Source of the DNA: Myxococcota bacterium
Lineage (GTDB): Bacteria; Myxococcota_A; Bradymonadia; UBA7976; UBA1532
Length of the DNA: 64,000 bases
Direction: 5' to 3'
Assembly (NCBI GenBank): GCA_036337435.1
Contig: JAYZEG010000028.1
Coordinates: 1-64,000 of the forward strand
The stretch's first letter is position 1. Each line of letters opens with the position of its first letter. A model generated the notes under the pieces. The model had not been told where the DNA came from. It ran no database searches and was given only the letters and a program-made list of their open reading frames with translations. Positions 1 through 10,651 of this stretch are shown here, piece after piece. The translations under genes were made by a program, and so were the position numbers.

Positions 1-1189
1 TTTGAAGAAACTTTTGCTTGCTCAGACCAAAGTTCCGACTGACTTTACAGCACACGCCAAGATAGGCCGACTGTTTGGTGTTCGGGAGCAGATGGCGAAA
101 GGAAAACGCCCATTGGACTGGGGGGCTGCCGAGGCACTGGCATTCGCATCGCTGCTTGCTGATGGGACAGGCATCCGGTTGAGCGGGCAAGATAGTGGGC
201 GGGGCACGTTTAGCCATCGCCATTCTGTCCTCCGCGACTTTGAAGATGGCACGGCATACATTCCTCTCAATAACTTAGGCGTTGACCAAGCCTCCTTTGA
301 GGTCATCGATAGCCCGTTGTCCGAAGCGGCAGTCTTGGGCTTTGAATTCGGCTACAGCCTCGACATGCCCGAGAGTTTGGTGATCTGGGAGGCGCAGTTC
401 GGAGATTTTGCGAACGGGGCGCAGGTCATTATCGATCAGTTCATTGCCAGTTCCGAGGAAAAATGGGCGCGCTTGAGCGGTCTTGTCCTGATGCTTCCCC
501 ATGGATTCGAGGGTCAAGGGCCCGAGCACTCAAGTGCTCGCCTGGAACGGTTTCTGGGTTTGTGTGCTGATGACAATATGCTGGTGTGCAACCTCACAAC
601 GCCAGCGCAGCTTTTTCATTGTCTTCGTCGGCACGTTATCAGAGACGTACGAAAACCACTCATCATCATGTCTCCAAAGAGTCTATTGCGCCATCCGAAG
701 GCGACATCATCGCTCGATGAGTTATCGAGCGACCAGTTCAAGGTTGTGATTCCAGATCCGATGGATCCTAATCCAGACAATATTGACCGAGTGATTCTTT
801 GCTCTGGCAAGGTTTACTACGAGTTGGCCGCTGAGAGAGATGTCCGGGGTCTTGATAACGTGGCCATTCATCGCTTGGAGCAGATTTATCCACTTCGACA
901 AGAAACGTTGACCGACCTGATGAAACCATACCGAGATGGAACTGAAGTCACGTGGGTCCAAGAAGAACCAATGAACATGGGGGCTTGGCCACACCTCAGA
1001 TTGAGGTTCGGCGAGTCCATATGTGACGGACAATTTCCATTTTCCGTCGTTTCGCGACCCAGCAGCGCGAGTCCAGCTACAGGCTCAGCAGCCAGCCATA
1101 AAATTGAACAAGCTTTGATCTTGGATCAGGCTTTCGATGTCCAAAAAACCCAGGCCGTCAGTAAGCGCGCCGCCAAGGGAGATAAGTAA
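1..1189 (+). CDS. sucA: 2-oxoglutarate dehydrogenase E1 component, 5'-truncated by the window edge
   Basis: RLSGQDSGRGTFSHRH, WEAQFGDFANGAQ and LPHGFEGQGPEHSSAR motifs; upstream of sucB. Confidence 0.97.
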   Translation, partial: LKKLLLAQTKVPTDFTAHAKIGRLFGVREQMAKGKRPLDWGAAEALAFASLLADGTGIRLSGQDSGRGTFSHRHSVLRDFEDGTAYIPLNNLGVDQASFEVIDSPLSEAAVLGFEFGYSLDMPESLVIWEAQFGDFANGAQVIIDQFIASSEEKWARLSGLVLMLPHGFEGQGPEHSSARLERFLGLCADDNMLVCNLTTPAQLFHCLRRHVIRDVRKPLIIMSPKSLLRHPKATSSLDELSSDQFKVVIPDPMDPNPDNIDRVILCSGKVYYELAAERDVRGLDNVAIHRLEQIYPLRQETLTDLMKPYRDGTEVTWVQEEPMNMGAWPHLRLRFGESICDGQFPFSVVSRPSSASPATGSAASHKIEQALILDQAFDVQKTQAVSKRAAKGDK

Positions 1190-2500
1190 ATGAGTGTGAA
1201 TCTCAAAGTTCCGTCCATCGGAGAATCAATTTCTGAAGTCATCGTTGGTGACTGGTTCAAAGGGGAGGGGGACTGGGTACGCGTTGATGAAAACGTATTA
1301 GTCATCGAGAGCGACAAGGCCAACTTGGAGGTTCCCTCTCCTGTTGAGGGCAAGATCGTCAAAGTGCTCAAAGCACCTGGCGACACGGCACAAGTTGGCG
1401 AAACCATAGCTGAAATTGAGGAGGGCGAGATGCCAGCTGGCCTCGATACGGTCGCTCCAGCGGTGTCCGAGGCCACGCCAACGCCGGCACCTGTCGTTGA
1501 GGCAACACCGGCTGAGGTCGCAACACCTGCGAAAGTTGAGCAGCAGGCCCCAGTTGACACGACGACTGCCCAACCGGCATCGCCTGCGTCGAAGTCCATC
1601 GGCATCATGCCAGCAGCAGCCCGCTTATTGGCAGAAAATGGCATGAGTGCGGCCGGCATTGTTGGCACGGGGCGAGGCGGCCGTATTCTCAAGGAAGATG
1701 TTCAACGTCACATCGAGAGCAACGGGGGCGCAAAGGCTGGGCCGGTCGCCGCCGCTCCAGCGCGGGTCCAAAAGCCAAACGCGGAGCCAGTCGCAGCTGG
1801 TCGTGTGGAGCGTCGCGTTCGAATGACCCCCCTTCGCAAGACCGTGGCCAGACGCTTGGTGGAAGCACAGCACAATGCAGCCTTGCTAACGACCTTTAAT
1901 GAAATCGATATGTCCCAGGTCATGACGCTTCGTAAAACTCATCAGCCAGATTTTGTTGAGCGCCATGGTGTGAAGTTGGGCTTTATGTCCTTTTTCATTA
2001 AGGCAGCTGTTGATGCCCTGAAAGCCTTTCCTGCCATTAACGCTGTCATCGATGGTGATGAGATTGTCTATCGAGAGTTCTATGATATCGGCGTCGCGGT
2101 TGGCGGTGGCAAAGGCTTGGTTGTCCCGGTTCTAAGGAATGCCGACCAAATGGGGTTTGCAGGCATTGAACATGCCATTCGTGATTTTGGAATGCGGGCG
2201 CGTGACAATAAGATCAAGCTCGACGAACTCATGGGCGGTACCTTTAGCATCACCAATGGGGGCGTTTACGGTTCGCTCTTGTCAACTCCCATCGTGAATC
2301 CGCCTCAAAGTGGTATTTTAGGGATGCATGGTATTCAGGAACGACCCATCGTCGTCGATGGTGAAATTGTCGTCCGGCCGATGATGTATGTTGCCTTGAC
2401 ATACGACCATCGTATTGTTGATGGGCGTGAGGCCGTCAGCTTTTTATTGCGCATTAAGAATTGCATTGAAAATCCAATTCGCTTGGCACTCGAGGTTTAA
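1190..2500 (+). CDS. sucB: Dihydrolipoamide succinyltransferase E2
   Basis: Lipoyl domain ESDKA, E3-binding GTGRGGRILKEDV, catalytic YDHRIVDG. Confidence 0.97.
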   Translation: MSVNLKVPSIGESISEVIVGDWFKGEGDWVRVDENVLVIESDKANLEVPSPVEGKIVKVLKAPGDTAQVGETIAEIEEGEMPAGLDTVAPAVSEATPTPAPVVEATPAEVATPAKVEQQAPVDTTTAQPASPASKSIGIMPAAARLLAENGMSAAGIVGTGRGGRILKEDVQRHIESNGGAKAGPVAAAPARVQKPNAEPVAAGRVERRVRMTPLRKTVARRLVEAQHNAALLTTFNEIDMSQVMTLRKTHQPDFVERHGVKLGFMSFFIKAAVDALKAFPAINAVIDGDEIVYREFYDIGVAVGGGKGLVVPVLRNADQMGFAGIEHAIRDFGMRARDNKIKLDELMGGTFSITNGGVYGSLLSTPIVNPPQSGILGMHGIQERPIVVDGEIVVRPMMYVALTYDHRIVDGREAVSFLLRIKNCIENPIRLALEV

Positions 2501-2505
2501 ATAAG

Positions 2506-3894
2506 ATGAGTGATTCAAAATATGATCTGGTCGTCATCGGCTCGGGCCCTGGCGGGTATGTCGCTGCCATTCGTGCAGCACAACTCGGACTTCAAGTGGC
2601 TTGCATCGAAAAAGAGGCGCGACTTGGTGGGACGTGTTTGCGCGTTGGATGTATACCCAGCAAGGCACTCCTTCAATCGTCAGAGAAATACCATGACGCA
2701 AAAGAAAGCTTTGCTCAGCATGGCATTGTTGGTGATTTGAGCTTTGACCTCGAGAAAATGATGGCCCGAAAAGATAAGGTTGTCTCAGGGCTGACCGACG
2801 GCGTTGCGCACCTGTTTAGGAAGAACAATGTAACGCGTTATTCTGGTCACGGTCGAATCCTAAACACCACATCAGTGGTTGTCGAAAAAGGACGCCGCCA
2901 GCAAGTTTTGGAAACGAAAGACATCCTGATTGCAACCGGCAGTAAAGTCGCGCAACTGCGTGGCGTGGAATTTGACGGGGACCGCATTGGGGACAGCACC
3001 ACGGCCCTCAGTTATCCGGAGGTGCCAAAACACTTGGTGATCATCGGTGCCGGTGTCATCGGTCTCGAATTAGGCTCGGTTTGGGCAAGACTCGGTGCCC
3101 GCGTCACTGTTCTGGAGTATCAAGATCGAATCCTAGCTGGCATGGATGAAGAACTGGCAGCCAGTGCGATGACGGTATTCAAAAAACAGGGGCTTAATTT
3201 TCAGCTGGGTGTCAAGGTCACTGGGGCGCGGGTGAACAAAAACAAATGCACCGTTGAAATTGAAGGTGCCAAGCCCGTGAACTGCGACCGGGTTCTGGTG
3301 GCGGTCGGTCGTGTACCAAACACCGACAATCTCGGTCTCGAAACCGTTGGCATTGAGCTCGATCAGCGTGGCCGAATTCCCGTCGGCTCGAACTTCCAGA
3401 CGAAGGCCCCTCACGTATTCGCGATCGGCGATGTTATTGCTGGCCCGATGCTTGCCCACAAGGCCGAGGAAGAGGGAATTGCTTGCGTGGAGCAGATCGT
3501 GACAGGCCATGGGCATCTCAATTACGATGCGATTCCGGGTATTGTTTATACCCATCCTGAGATTGCAAGCGTCGGTAAGACAGAAGATGAGCTCAAGGAG
3601 GCGGGTGTCCAGTATAAGAAAGGGAAATTCCCCTTCATGGCCAACGGCCGGGCTCGGGCAATGGGCGAGACTGATGGATTTGTAAAGGTCTTGGCCGAGG
3701 TCGGGACAGACCGGATCCTCGGTGCTCATATCATCGGCCCGAACGCAGGAGATCTCATCGCTGAGATTGCTTTGGCCATCGAATTTGGGGCGAGCTCTGA
3801 AGACGTTGCGAGAAGTTGCCATGCACACCCCACACTCGCTGAGGTCGTCAAGGAGGCAGCGCTCAGCGTCGCTGGTCGAGCGATTCATATCTAG
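2506..3894 (+). CDS. lpdA: Dihydrolipoamide dehydrogenase E3
   Basis: GSGPGG, GGTCLRVGCIPSK redox disulfide, HAHPTLAE. Confidence 0.97.
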   Translation: MSDSKYDLVVIGSGPGGYVAAIRAAQLGLQVACIEKEARLGGTCLRVGCIPSKALLQSSEKYHDAKESFAQHGIVGDLSFDLEKMMARKDKVVSGLTDGVAHLFRKNNVTRYSGHGRILNTTSVVVEKGRRQQVLETKDILIATGSKVAQLRGVEFDGDRIGDSTTALSYPEVPKHLVIIGAGVIGLELGSVWARLGARVTVLEYQDRILAGMDEELAASAMTVFKKQGLNFQLGVKVTGARVNKNKCTVEIEGAKPVNCDRVLVAVGRVPNTDNLGLETVGIELDQRGRIPVGSNFQTKAPHVFAIGDVIAGPMLAHKAEEEGIACVEQIVTGHGHLNYDAIPGIVYTHPEIASVGKTEDELKEAGVQYKKGKFPFMANGRARAMGETDGFVKVLAEVGTDRILGAHIIGPNAGDLIAEIALAIEFGASSEDVARSCHAHPTLAEVVKEAALSVAGRAIHI

Positions 3895-4093
3895 CCTTTA
3901 GACGACCAGTCACTCACTCTCAGCCAATCGTATTCTACGCATAGGATTGCTAAGGCCTGCTCCACTTGGACACGCTTTTGCTGTTCGTTGGCGTCCGTCC
4001 AGACCAAGGTTGTCATCCGTATTCGAAAGCCCCTTGCGAGATCGTGTCGTTGTCCTTCACTATAGGCGTTAACTTGATCCCTTGGAGAGATTC

Positions 4094-4861
4094 ATGAAAC
4101 GGCATTTTTTCGTGGGCTGCTTTTCGCTGATGGCGGCCTTGGGTTGTGGTGAGGAGAGGTCGCAAGGTACGGTCATGCTCTTCCCCGAAACCATGGGCGC
4201 AGGGGGCGTTGATGCTGGAACGAATCCTGGTGCCGAGGACGGTGCTTTGGTCGGCGATCAAGGCCAATCGCGTGCGCGGGTTAATGCTCGGGTTCGCATC
4301 ATTAACCCGATTGGAGGCGCATTTGTAGGAGTCCGCATTTTGGGGCCTTATGACGAGGCGATCACCGATACAAGTGGCTCAGCAGTTGTTCAAGTAGACC
4401 CGGGTGAATTTCGCTTGGCACTCGACGCGCCAGGGGCACGCAGACATCACCTCTTTGGTGTTGCAACAGACGTTGACTTTGAACAGATCACGTATTTGAG
4501 TCCGGAGATGATTACAGGCTTGGTCTATGGTCAGTTGGGGCTCGCAGATGACCCGGAGAAGGGCATCGTCGTTGTGGGGTTGGATCGCGCAAGCCTGGCA
4601 CCCGCCATTGGTGCCGAAGCCACACTAGACGTCGAGAGTGACGATGGGTTTGTTATCGCCGGCCCTCAAGCGTCTATCGGAACATCGATTCCGCCCAACG
4701 GCCAGGGATTTGTCACATTTCCTAATGTCGTGCCTGGAACTGCATCAGTCTCGGCAACCTATCCAGGCGGACAATGCCGAGTCTTCCCAGCCAATGGACC
4801 AGAACGAGAGATCGAAGTCATTGCCGGCGAGGTCTCCATCATTGCCTATACCTGCGAATAA
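4094..4861 (+). CDS. Hypothetical lipoprotein
   Basis: GGAGAG SD before ATG 4094; lipobox-like AALGC; beta-rich body. Confidence 0.7.
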   Translation: MKRHFFVGCFSLMAALGCGEERSQGTVMLFPETMGAGGVDAGTNPGAEDGALVGDQGQSRARVNARVRIINPIGGAFVGVRILGPYDEAITDTSGSAVVQVDPGEFRLALDAPGARRHHLFGVATDVDFEQITYLSPEMITGLVYGQLGLADDPEKGIVVVGLDRASLAPAIGAEATLDVESDDGFVIAGPQASIGTSIPPNGQGFVTFPNVVPGTASVSATYPGGQCRVFPANGPEREIEVIAGEVSIIAYTCE

Positions 4862-4881
4862 ATCAGACCATTTGTCGCTTG

Positions 4882-5694
4882 CTACCATTTTGTCGGAAGC
4901 CTGCCCTGATGCATCAGCGACAACACATCCATTGAAATCGCGACCAGCCAGTGGAGCAGGACACCACCCCAGATGGATCTATACTTCATGGCGAGAGAGC
5001 CGAGGATGATTCCCGCTATAATGGCACCCAAGCTTTCAGACCCTGTTTTTAGGAAATGGAGCATGCAGTAGGGGATCAACATAATAAAGACAGCACCAAA
5101 GCCGGCCCATCGTCTTAATCCAGCAAGAAAAACCCCGCGGAACAAAAATTCAAGTGCGAAGAATTGAACGCCATAGGCAAGTTCCCACGCGACCAAATCG
5201 AAATAGCTCCGATCCGCCTTCTGATAAAAAGGATAGATGGCTTGGTAACTGGGGCTGAAAGAGACGATGATAACGGGAACCATGACCAGTAAATAGAGGG
5301 CACTATAGACTTTCAGATGTTGTGAAAATCCGGTCCAACCTAAGTACATAGCTCCAATTTTTCGACCACATAGCTTCAGGTAGAGACAGGGTAATAACAC
5401 GTAGCCAATGACGCAGAACGTAACCCAATGAATGAGACCAAATAGCGCATAGTAGGGATGATTCTGGGCAGACGCGTCAAGGAAGATATTGGTGTTTGTG
5501 TGGTCCGCTTCAACCGATGCCTTCAGCGTGTCTCCAAACCAGCTAATATAGGTCATTTCAGATCCACCGAAGTGAGCAACAGTCAGCCCGATGGCAATGA
5601 CGATAAGGAGGCCCGCTTCGAAGGGGCCAAATGCATCAGGCTCCGACTCCGCAGGCGGGGTCAGGTAATCGAAAAGGCGCTTCATGAGAGACAC
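4882..5694 (-). CDS. CPBP/Abi (CAAX prenyl protease-like) intramembrane glutamic protease
   Basis: Multiple TM segments; LEFLFRG, HFLK and SIWGGVLLH motifs. Confidence 0.8.
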   Translation of the reverse strand: MSLMKRLFDYLTPPAESEPDAFGPFEAGLLIVIAIGLTVAHFGGSEMTYISWFGDTLKASVEADHTNTNIFLDASAQNHPYYALFGLIHWVTFCVIGYVLLPCLYLKLCGRKIGAMYLGWTGFSQHLKVYSALYLLVMVPVIIVSFSPSYQAIYPFYQKADRSYFDLVAWELAYGVQFFALEFLFRGVFLAGLRRWAGFGAVFIMLIPYCMLHFLKTGSESLGAIIAGIILGSLAMKYRSIWGGVLLHWLVAISMDVLSLMHQGRLPTKW

Positions 5695-5703
5695 GGGTCG
5701 CGT

Positions 5704-6027
5704 TCAATCTTCCAATTCGCCGGCGCGTGCTTTCTCAAGCCAAACTTGAATTTCTCGTTCGATGATCTCAATGGCTTTACCCTTAAAAACACGGAGGACA
5801 AAGGGCACCTTCAAATCGATGAGAATCTCCTTTGTGTTGACTTCGACTGTCCCCTCGAGGGACACATTTTTGACTCGGAAACTGATGGATGCCGCATTGT
5901 CGCGAACCCACGAGACCCTAGGAGAATATTGGCTAAATTGTTGGGCATAGCTATCCAAGGCAACCGTGACAGCCTTTTTAGCAAGCCCAAGCTCCAAATC
6001 GTGTTGAACCGAATGTTTCACAGTCAT
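5704..6027 (-). CDS. Polyhydroxyalkanoate-system (PHA_gran_rgn-like) small protein
   Basis: 107 aa; N-terminal H-x-L-x-L-x-x-A pattern and C-terminal LKVPFVLRVFKGKAIEIIEREI; AAGGAG SD. Confidence 0.55.
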   Translation of the reverse strand: MTVKHSVQHDLELGLAKKAVTVALDSYAQQFSQYSPRVSWVRDNAASISFRVKNVSLEGTVEVNTKEILIDLKVPFVLRVFKGKAIEIIEREIQVWLEKARAGELED

Positions 6028-6103
6028 ACTCCTTTAATGGTCGAGTCACATTGTCAACGCATTGGCGGGTGCCTGGTCAATAGAAATATATCTTGCCTTT
6101 AGC

Positions 6104-7966
6104 TCAATTGGAATCGAGCCTGACATTGACGAAGAGATTGGGCCGGTCTTCGAATCGACCCTGATTGCATTCAAGTTCGACGCTCAAGCAACCGCATGAA
6201 TGGTGCCAACTGCCCTTTCCATAGTAACCTTGCCAATCAAGTTGAGGGCCACCCCAAAGACCGGATAACGAGAGGCGGACAGCATCTGACTCCAGTTCTA
6301 TGCTGGGCCCGCCTCCCCGCGACTCCAGAAAGCCAATGGGTACATTGAACTCGGGCTGAGTGGCTCGTTGGATATAGCGTGGCCTACTCTCGGCTGTTTT
6401 GCTGGAAACTGCTCTCAAGCCCGCGGTGACATTCTTTGATAAGCGATGATGCACGTCCGCCGACAACCAATGGTCCCCCAAGGCCTCGGCGCCGACGACG
6501 GTGTTCGACATGAGCAGCCTGGCTCTGACTTGAAACTGGTCGATTTGATCTTGGTTGTTGACGACATCTCGACGTACGCTGAGCGACGCATGACCGGAGG
6601 GCATTAACAGCTCTTGATCAACCCTGAGACCCAGCCCATGCAGGCTTTTTTGACGTAGATAAATTGAACTCAGCTGTGTCTGATGCCGGGCTGACGACCG
6701 ATTCATCCACAGGTCTGGGCCAAGCACGATCGTGTGTTGGAACCGCCCAAAACGTCCGAGGAGTGCCAATCCAGGAACCAGGTGGCCGCTGCTATACCAG
6801 ACTTCATTTCTGTTTCCGAAGGCATCACTTAAAGCCAGCGTGTTCCTCAGTCTCGCATCGAGACGGAGCAGGTCATACTGGCGATTGATGGATGCGTCTG
6901 AGCTCACATGAACGAGAGTCTCCTGAGTCAAATCGGTGTCTGCATGAAGCATGTCCAAGCCAAGATTATGTTGGATATTGCCCACACGATGAGGCCAGGT
7001 AAACAGCGTTTGAGTAAACCATGTGTGCCGGTGGTTGACCTGCTTGATGGTGGACTGTCCATACCCGGTGTTCAAACCCAAAAAAACAGGACCCAGTTCC
7101 GCTGACACTGTGGCACTTGACGTCCAGACCTGCTGTATTTTTTCTCGCCAATTTCGTTGATAGAAACCACGCCTTTGCGGTGAGCTAAACCAGTCGAGCT
7201 CGATTGCTAACGAGACGGGTTTTGAGGGGATCATACCTAGACCCGTGGCGTTGATATCCGAGCCGATTAGGTCGAGTTGCAAGGCGTGTTCAGAGTTGAA
7301 CTGGTCGGTCCAATCAACCCGGCTCGTCGCATATTGGTCGACCCCGTCGCGGCCCATCTCAAAGGTCCAGTCGATTCCGTTGCGCATCGCCCAAGTGATG
7401 GGTAGGCCAAATCGTAGACCACGGTCTGCGCTCCATCCAAATCTTGGTAAACCGAAACCTTGGTTACGTCCGCTCGCAGCCAATGACCAATAGGGCAGAA
7501 TCAAGAGAGGAACGTCAAAGACAGTCAGCGTGGGCCAATCGATGCGTATGTCCTGATTTGCCTGCCACTCAGCAGATTCAAATTTGATTGTCCATAGCGG
7601 GTGTCTACACGCACATCGCGTCGCATAGCCTTGACCCAGTCGAACCGACTCGACCCCATTTTTCCCCCACTTGCTCTGAGCTGTTTCAGCCGTCAAGCGG
7701 AGTCTCGGGGACCTGAGCTCCAGCCTTCGGCCTTTGAGGTCGCTGGTCTGCTGGCAATAGCGAATTAAGCCTAGATCCAACTGCAGCTCTTTCGCGCTGA
7801 GTTGAGCGGACTTAAGCTGAATCGAAGATCCGCGACATTGGCTGGTATTTTTATTGAGTTCCAATGTTGAGGCGGAAAACTCAATCCGCTCGGAAACCGG
7901 AGTTGCCAGGACAATTATCGTCAGGAAGAGTTGCACAGGGTTTAAGATACCTTGCGTGAGAGCCAT
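6104..7966 (-). CDS. Divergent LptD-like outer-membrane LPS assembly protein (start uncertain)
   Basis: YATRC..PLWTI...VPLLILPYW...RNQGFGLPRFGWS..GLRFGLP matches the LptD junction; C-terminal HSCGC. Confidence 0.65.
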   Translation of the reverse strand: MALTQGILNPVQLFLTIIVLATPVSERIEFSASTLELNKNTSQCRGSSIQLKSAQLSAKELQLDLGLIRYCQQTSDLKGRRLELRSPRLRLTAETAQSKWGKNGVESVRLGQGYATRCACRHPLWTIKFESAEWQANQDIRIDWPTLTVFDVPLLILPYWSLAASGRNQGFGLPRFGWSADRGLRFGLPITWAMRNGIDWTFEMGRDGVDQYATSRVDWTDQFNSEHALQLDLIGSDINATGLGMIPSKPVSLAIELDWFSSPQRRGFYQRNWREKIQQVWTSSATVSAELGPVFLGLNTGYGQSTIKQVNHRHTWFTQTLFTWPHRVGNIQHNLGLDMLHADTDLTQETLVHVSSDASINRQYDLLRLDARLRNTLALSDAFGNRNEVWYSSGHLVPGLALLGRFGRFQHTIVLGPDLWMNRSSARHQTQLSSIYLRQKSLHGLGLRVDQELLMPSGHASLSVRRDVVNNQDQIDQFQVRARLLMSNTVVGAEALGDHWLSADVHHRLSKNVTAGLRAVSSKTAESRPRYIQRATQPEFNVPIGFLESRGGGPSIELESDAVRLSLSGLWGGPQLDWQGYYGKGSWHHSCGCLSVELECNQGRFEDRPNLFVNVRLDSN

Positions 7967-8038
7967 GGACGAGCCATATATCACAAACTCGGTCACTGGG
8001 GACCCAAACAAAGCAGGAATCTAATTGGAGGGATATCG

Positions 8039-8656
8039 ATGCGATTCGACCCGACGGAAGAAGGCAAGAAAGCCACCTATTTTAGGATGATTGAATCAAT
8101 TGTCCCTCGACCCATAGCTTGGGTGAGTACAATTTCTAGGGATGGAACCCATAACCTCGCCCCCTTCAGTTTTTTCACCGGCGTGACAAGTGATCCTGCC
8201 ACCCTATTGTTTTGTTGTGGTAATCGACGAAATGGTGACCCCAAGGACACGGCGCAGAATTGCCTCGATACTGGGGTGTTTGTTGTCAACTGCTCATCCT
8301 ACTCGGCGTCGAATCAAATGGTGCAGACCAGCGCGGCCTATGCGGCTGATATCGACGAATTTGAGGCGGTCGGTATTGCATTTTCTCCATCAGAGACAGT
8401 CAGTGCTCCGCGTGTACGTGATGCAGCCATCTCTTTTGAATGCGTTTGTCATGACATCACAGAGATCAAGAATGATGATGGGGTTGTGACCAGTCGAATT
8501 ATCATCGGGCGCATCAACTTGATCCATATTGATGACGCTGTGTTGGACACAGATGGCCGCGTGGATGTACGCGCCCTCGATGCGATCTCCAGGCTTGGCG
8601 GTCACAATTATGCGCGCATTGGAGACGTCTTCACAATGCCCAGGCCTAAACGCTAA
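8039..8656 (+). CDS. Flavin reductase family protein (DIM6/NTAB)
   Basis: VPRPIAWVST..G..NLAPFSFF, KDT..N, RLGG..Y; GGAGG SD before ATG 8039. Confidence 0.9.
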   Translation: MRFDPTEEGKKATYFRMIESIVPRPIAWVSTISRDGTHNLAPFSFFTGVTSDPATLLFCCGNRRNGDPKDTAQNCLDTGVFVVNCSSYSASNQMVQTSAAYAADIDEFEAVGIAFSPSETVSAPRVRDAAISFECVCHDITEIKNDDGVVTSRIIIGRINLIHIDDAVLDTDGRVDVRALDAISRLGGHNYARIGDVFTMPRPKR

Positions 8657-8658
8657 GT

Positions 8659-9189
8659 TTACTTCGAGTCGAGAGCCTTTTCCTTTATCTGAAGCGGTCT
8701 AACTGGGGGCCTGAAGTCCAGGAAGAGGTAGTTCCCTTCTTGCTTTAAGTCATAGCCAACGACTTGTCGCAATTTGATGGTTACTCGGGTTTTGTTCCCT
8801 CTGCGCTGCTTGGCTGTAACGGATTCGACGACCGTTGGAAACCCGCTGGTGTCCAGCGGCCTGCTCTCGTTACGCGAATGAAGTCGACTGTTGGTCAATT
8901 CAAGGACCACCTCATTTGGCTCACTGGGGACGATATCATACGCCGGAGGCTCGGTTGTTTGAATAAAGACACGACCGCCAGGTGTGGTGGTCATCTCAAA
9001 CCCAATCCAAGACACGAGTCGAATGGCACCCCTGCTTCGAAGCTTTCCCTTACCGGGGGCTCGGTCGATGGTCCCTGGCTGCACCCCGAGGTAGGGACCC
9101 ATTCTCGTCACCTGATTAGAAGGTTTCTCGGGCTCTGCATAGGTCACCCCCGCCGAGAGGGTCAGTAATATGAGGACAGCTAAACGCAT
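8659..9189 (-). CDS. AMIN-domain periplasmic protein
   Basis: Signal peptide MRLAVLILL..AE; NESRPLDTSGFPTVV...TRVTIKLR; GGAG SD before ATG 9189. Confidence 0.7.
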   Translation of the reverse strand: MRLAVLILLTLSAGVTYAEPEKPSNQVTRMGPYLGVQPGTIDRAPGKGKLRSRGAIRLVSWIGFEMTTTPGGRVFIQTTEPPAYDIVPSEPNEVVLELTNSRLHSRNESRPLDTSGFPTVVESVTAKQRRGNKTRVTIKLRQVVGYDLKQEGNYLFLDFRPPVRPLQIKEKALDSK

Positions 9190-9289
9190 AGATTTCTCCA
9201 TTGAACCCAAGATAAGGTCACATCTCTTTGAAGCTCTCTCTGTCATCTGGTACCACACCAATAACATACAGTCGAGATCCGGGACGCGT

Positions 9290-10651
9290 GTGAGTGAGTC
9301 TATTATAAATTCTGAATGGCCGGAACCTAGTTCTGGACGATGGCCCGCCGCCTTCAACTACCACCTCGATGATTTTGCGGGCTGGCTCAATGGTGCTGGA
9401 GCGGAAAGCCGATTCGCACTTGGCTTGTTCAATGGCGATTCGGCACTGCAATCATGCCTGGATGGTCTAGAAGACCACGGGATCGTTCCCGTCATGACAT
9501 CATCCAGCGATGAACGGCCTTTGCCCATTGAAATCGTCCAGCACGAAGGATCCCACTTTAACAATACGCTCTTTATGATTGATGGTCTCCATGCCGGTGA
9601 TGTCGAGCATCGTTTGACGACGCTCAACGCTCAGAGAAATATGTTATCTCGGATGGCGACGTGGGTTCTTTTGGTCGTCCGAAATATCGAGTCGTTGTGC
9701 GCCCTCTACCAATGGGCCCCGGCTCTCGTCAATGATTTGAAGAAACGAAGCTTGTTTCTGCATCCCTCGGTTTCCCAACCTGAGGATATAGCAGAGATTG
9801 ATAAACTAAAACTGTGGGCGAGGCGTAGATTGGTCCCGGAACAGGTGTTCCATACATTCATGACTGGAGCACAAATCGCTGGCTACACCGATTATTCACG
9901 GCTGTTGCGGTCAGGGTATGGGAGTGCTTTTCAGACCAATCTGACGACGCATGGTCACCAGTGGAATTCCCTTTGGCTCGGCACATATGGTCCATTGGAG
10001 AGTAGAGGTCTTGACTTGGACTTCGCGGAAGGGCTGGCCCGACACCGAATCGGCCTGTCTGACACAGAAAAGCGCAGTTTGACTCAACGTCTGCTTGCGA
10101 GACCCATCGGGCGACTCGCATCCGGGCTCGATCCGAGAGATGGGACTGAGTATTTGCTAAAAGCTGTGTTGGAGTCCGATGACCCGACCAGTCTCGGGGC
10201 CGATTGGCACGAGCAGCTAGATGAGACGGGGACGTTATGGGCGCACGACCCCACAAAGCAGGCGATCCTGAAATATGTTACCGCACAAGGGGCCGCAACG
10301 GTCGGCGATGTCACGTTGTGCAAAGAGGCTTTGAATCAGGCACTGGAAATGGCAGAAGACGCTCGCGAACCAGAGCTCATGTTCGATGTAGCGTCAACGC
10401 AGCTCAAGCTTAACTTGGCGTTGACGAAGCGCCTCGAAGCCCGAACCAATCTAGATATTGTCGACAGCCTTGTCCCTGAACTTCAGAGTCCTTTTTATGC
10501 GGGTCGGGCTCTTGTTTGCCGTGGCGACTTTATGAGCCAAATCGATAGGAATCCGTCCAAGCAAGCATATGCATTGGCAAAAGATATTTTTGACCTCCAT
10601 GGGTACCCTGCCTGGTCAGAGGCGGTGAGTGCTCGGTTGGAGCAATTGTAA
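9290..10651 (+). CDS. Hypothetical protein with helical (TPR-like) C-terminus; start uncertain
   Basis: Long ORF, TAATG overlap with the next gene. Confidence 0.65.
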   Translation: MSESIINSEWPEPSSGRWPAAFNYHLDDFAGWLNGAGAESRFALGLFNGDSALQSCLDGLEDHGIVPVMTSSSDERPLPIEIVQHEGSHFNNTLFMIDGLHAGDVEHRLTTLNAQRNMLSRMATWVLLVVRNIESLCALYQWAPALVNDLKKRSLFLHPSVSQPEDIAEIDKLKLWARRRLVPEQVFHTFMTGAQIAGYTDYSRLLRSGYGSAFQTNLTTHGHQWNSLWLGTYGPLESRGLDLDFAEGLARHRIGLSDTEKRSLTQRLLARPIGRLASGLDPRDGTEYLLKAVLESDDPTSLGADWHEQLDETGTLWAHDPTKQAILKYVTAQGAATVGDVTLCKEALNQALEMAEDAREPELMFDVASTQLKLNLALTKRLEARTNLDIVDSLVPELQSPFYAGRALVCRGDFMSQIDRNPSKQAYALAKDIFDLHGYPAWSEAVSARLEQL

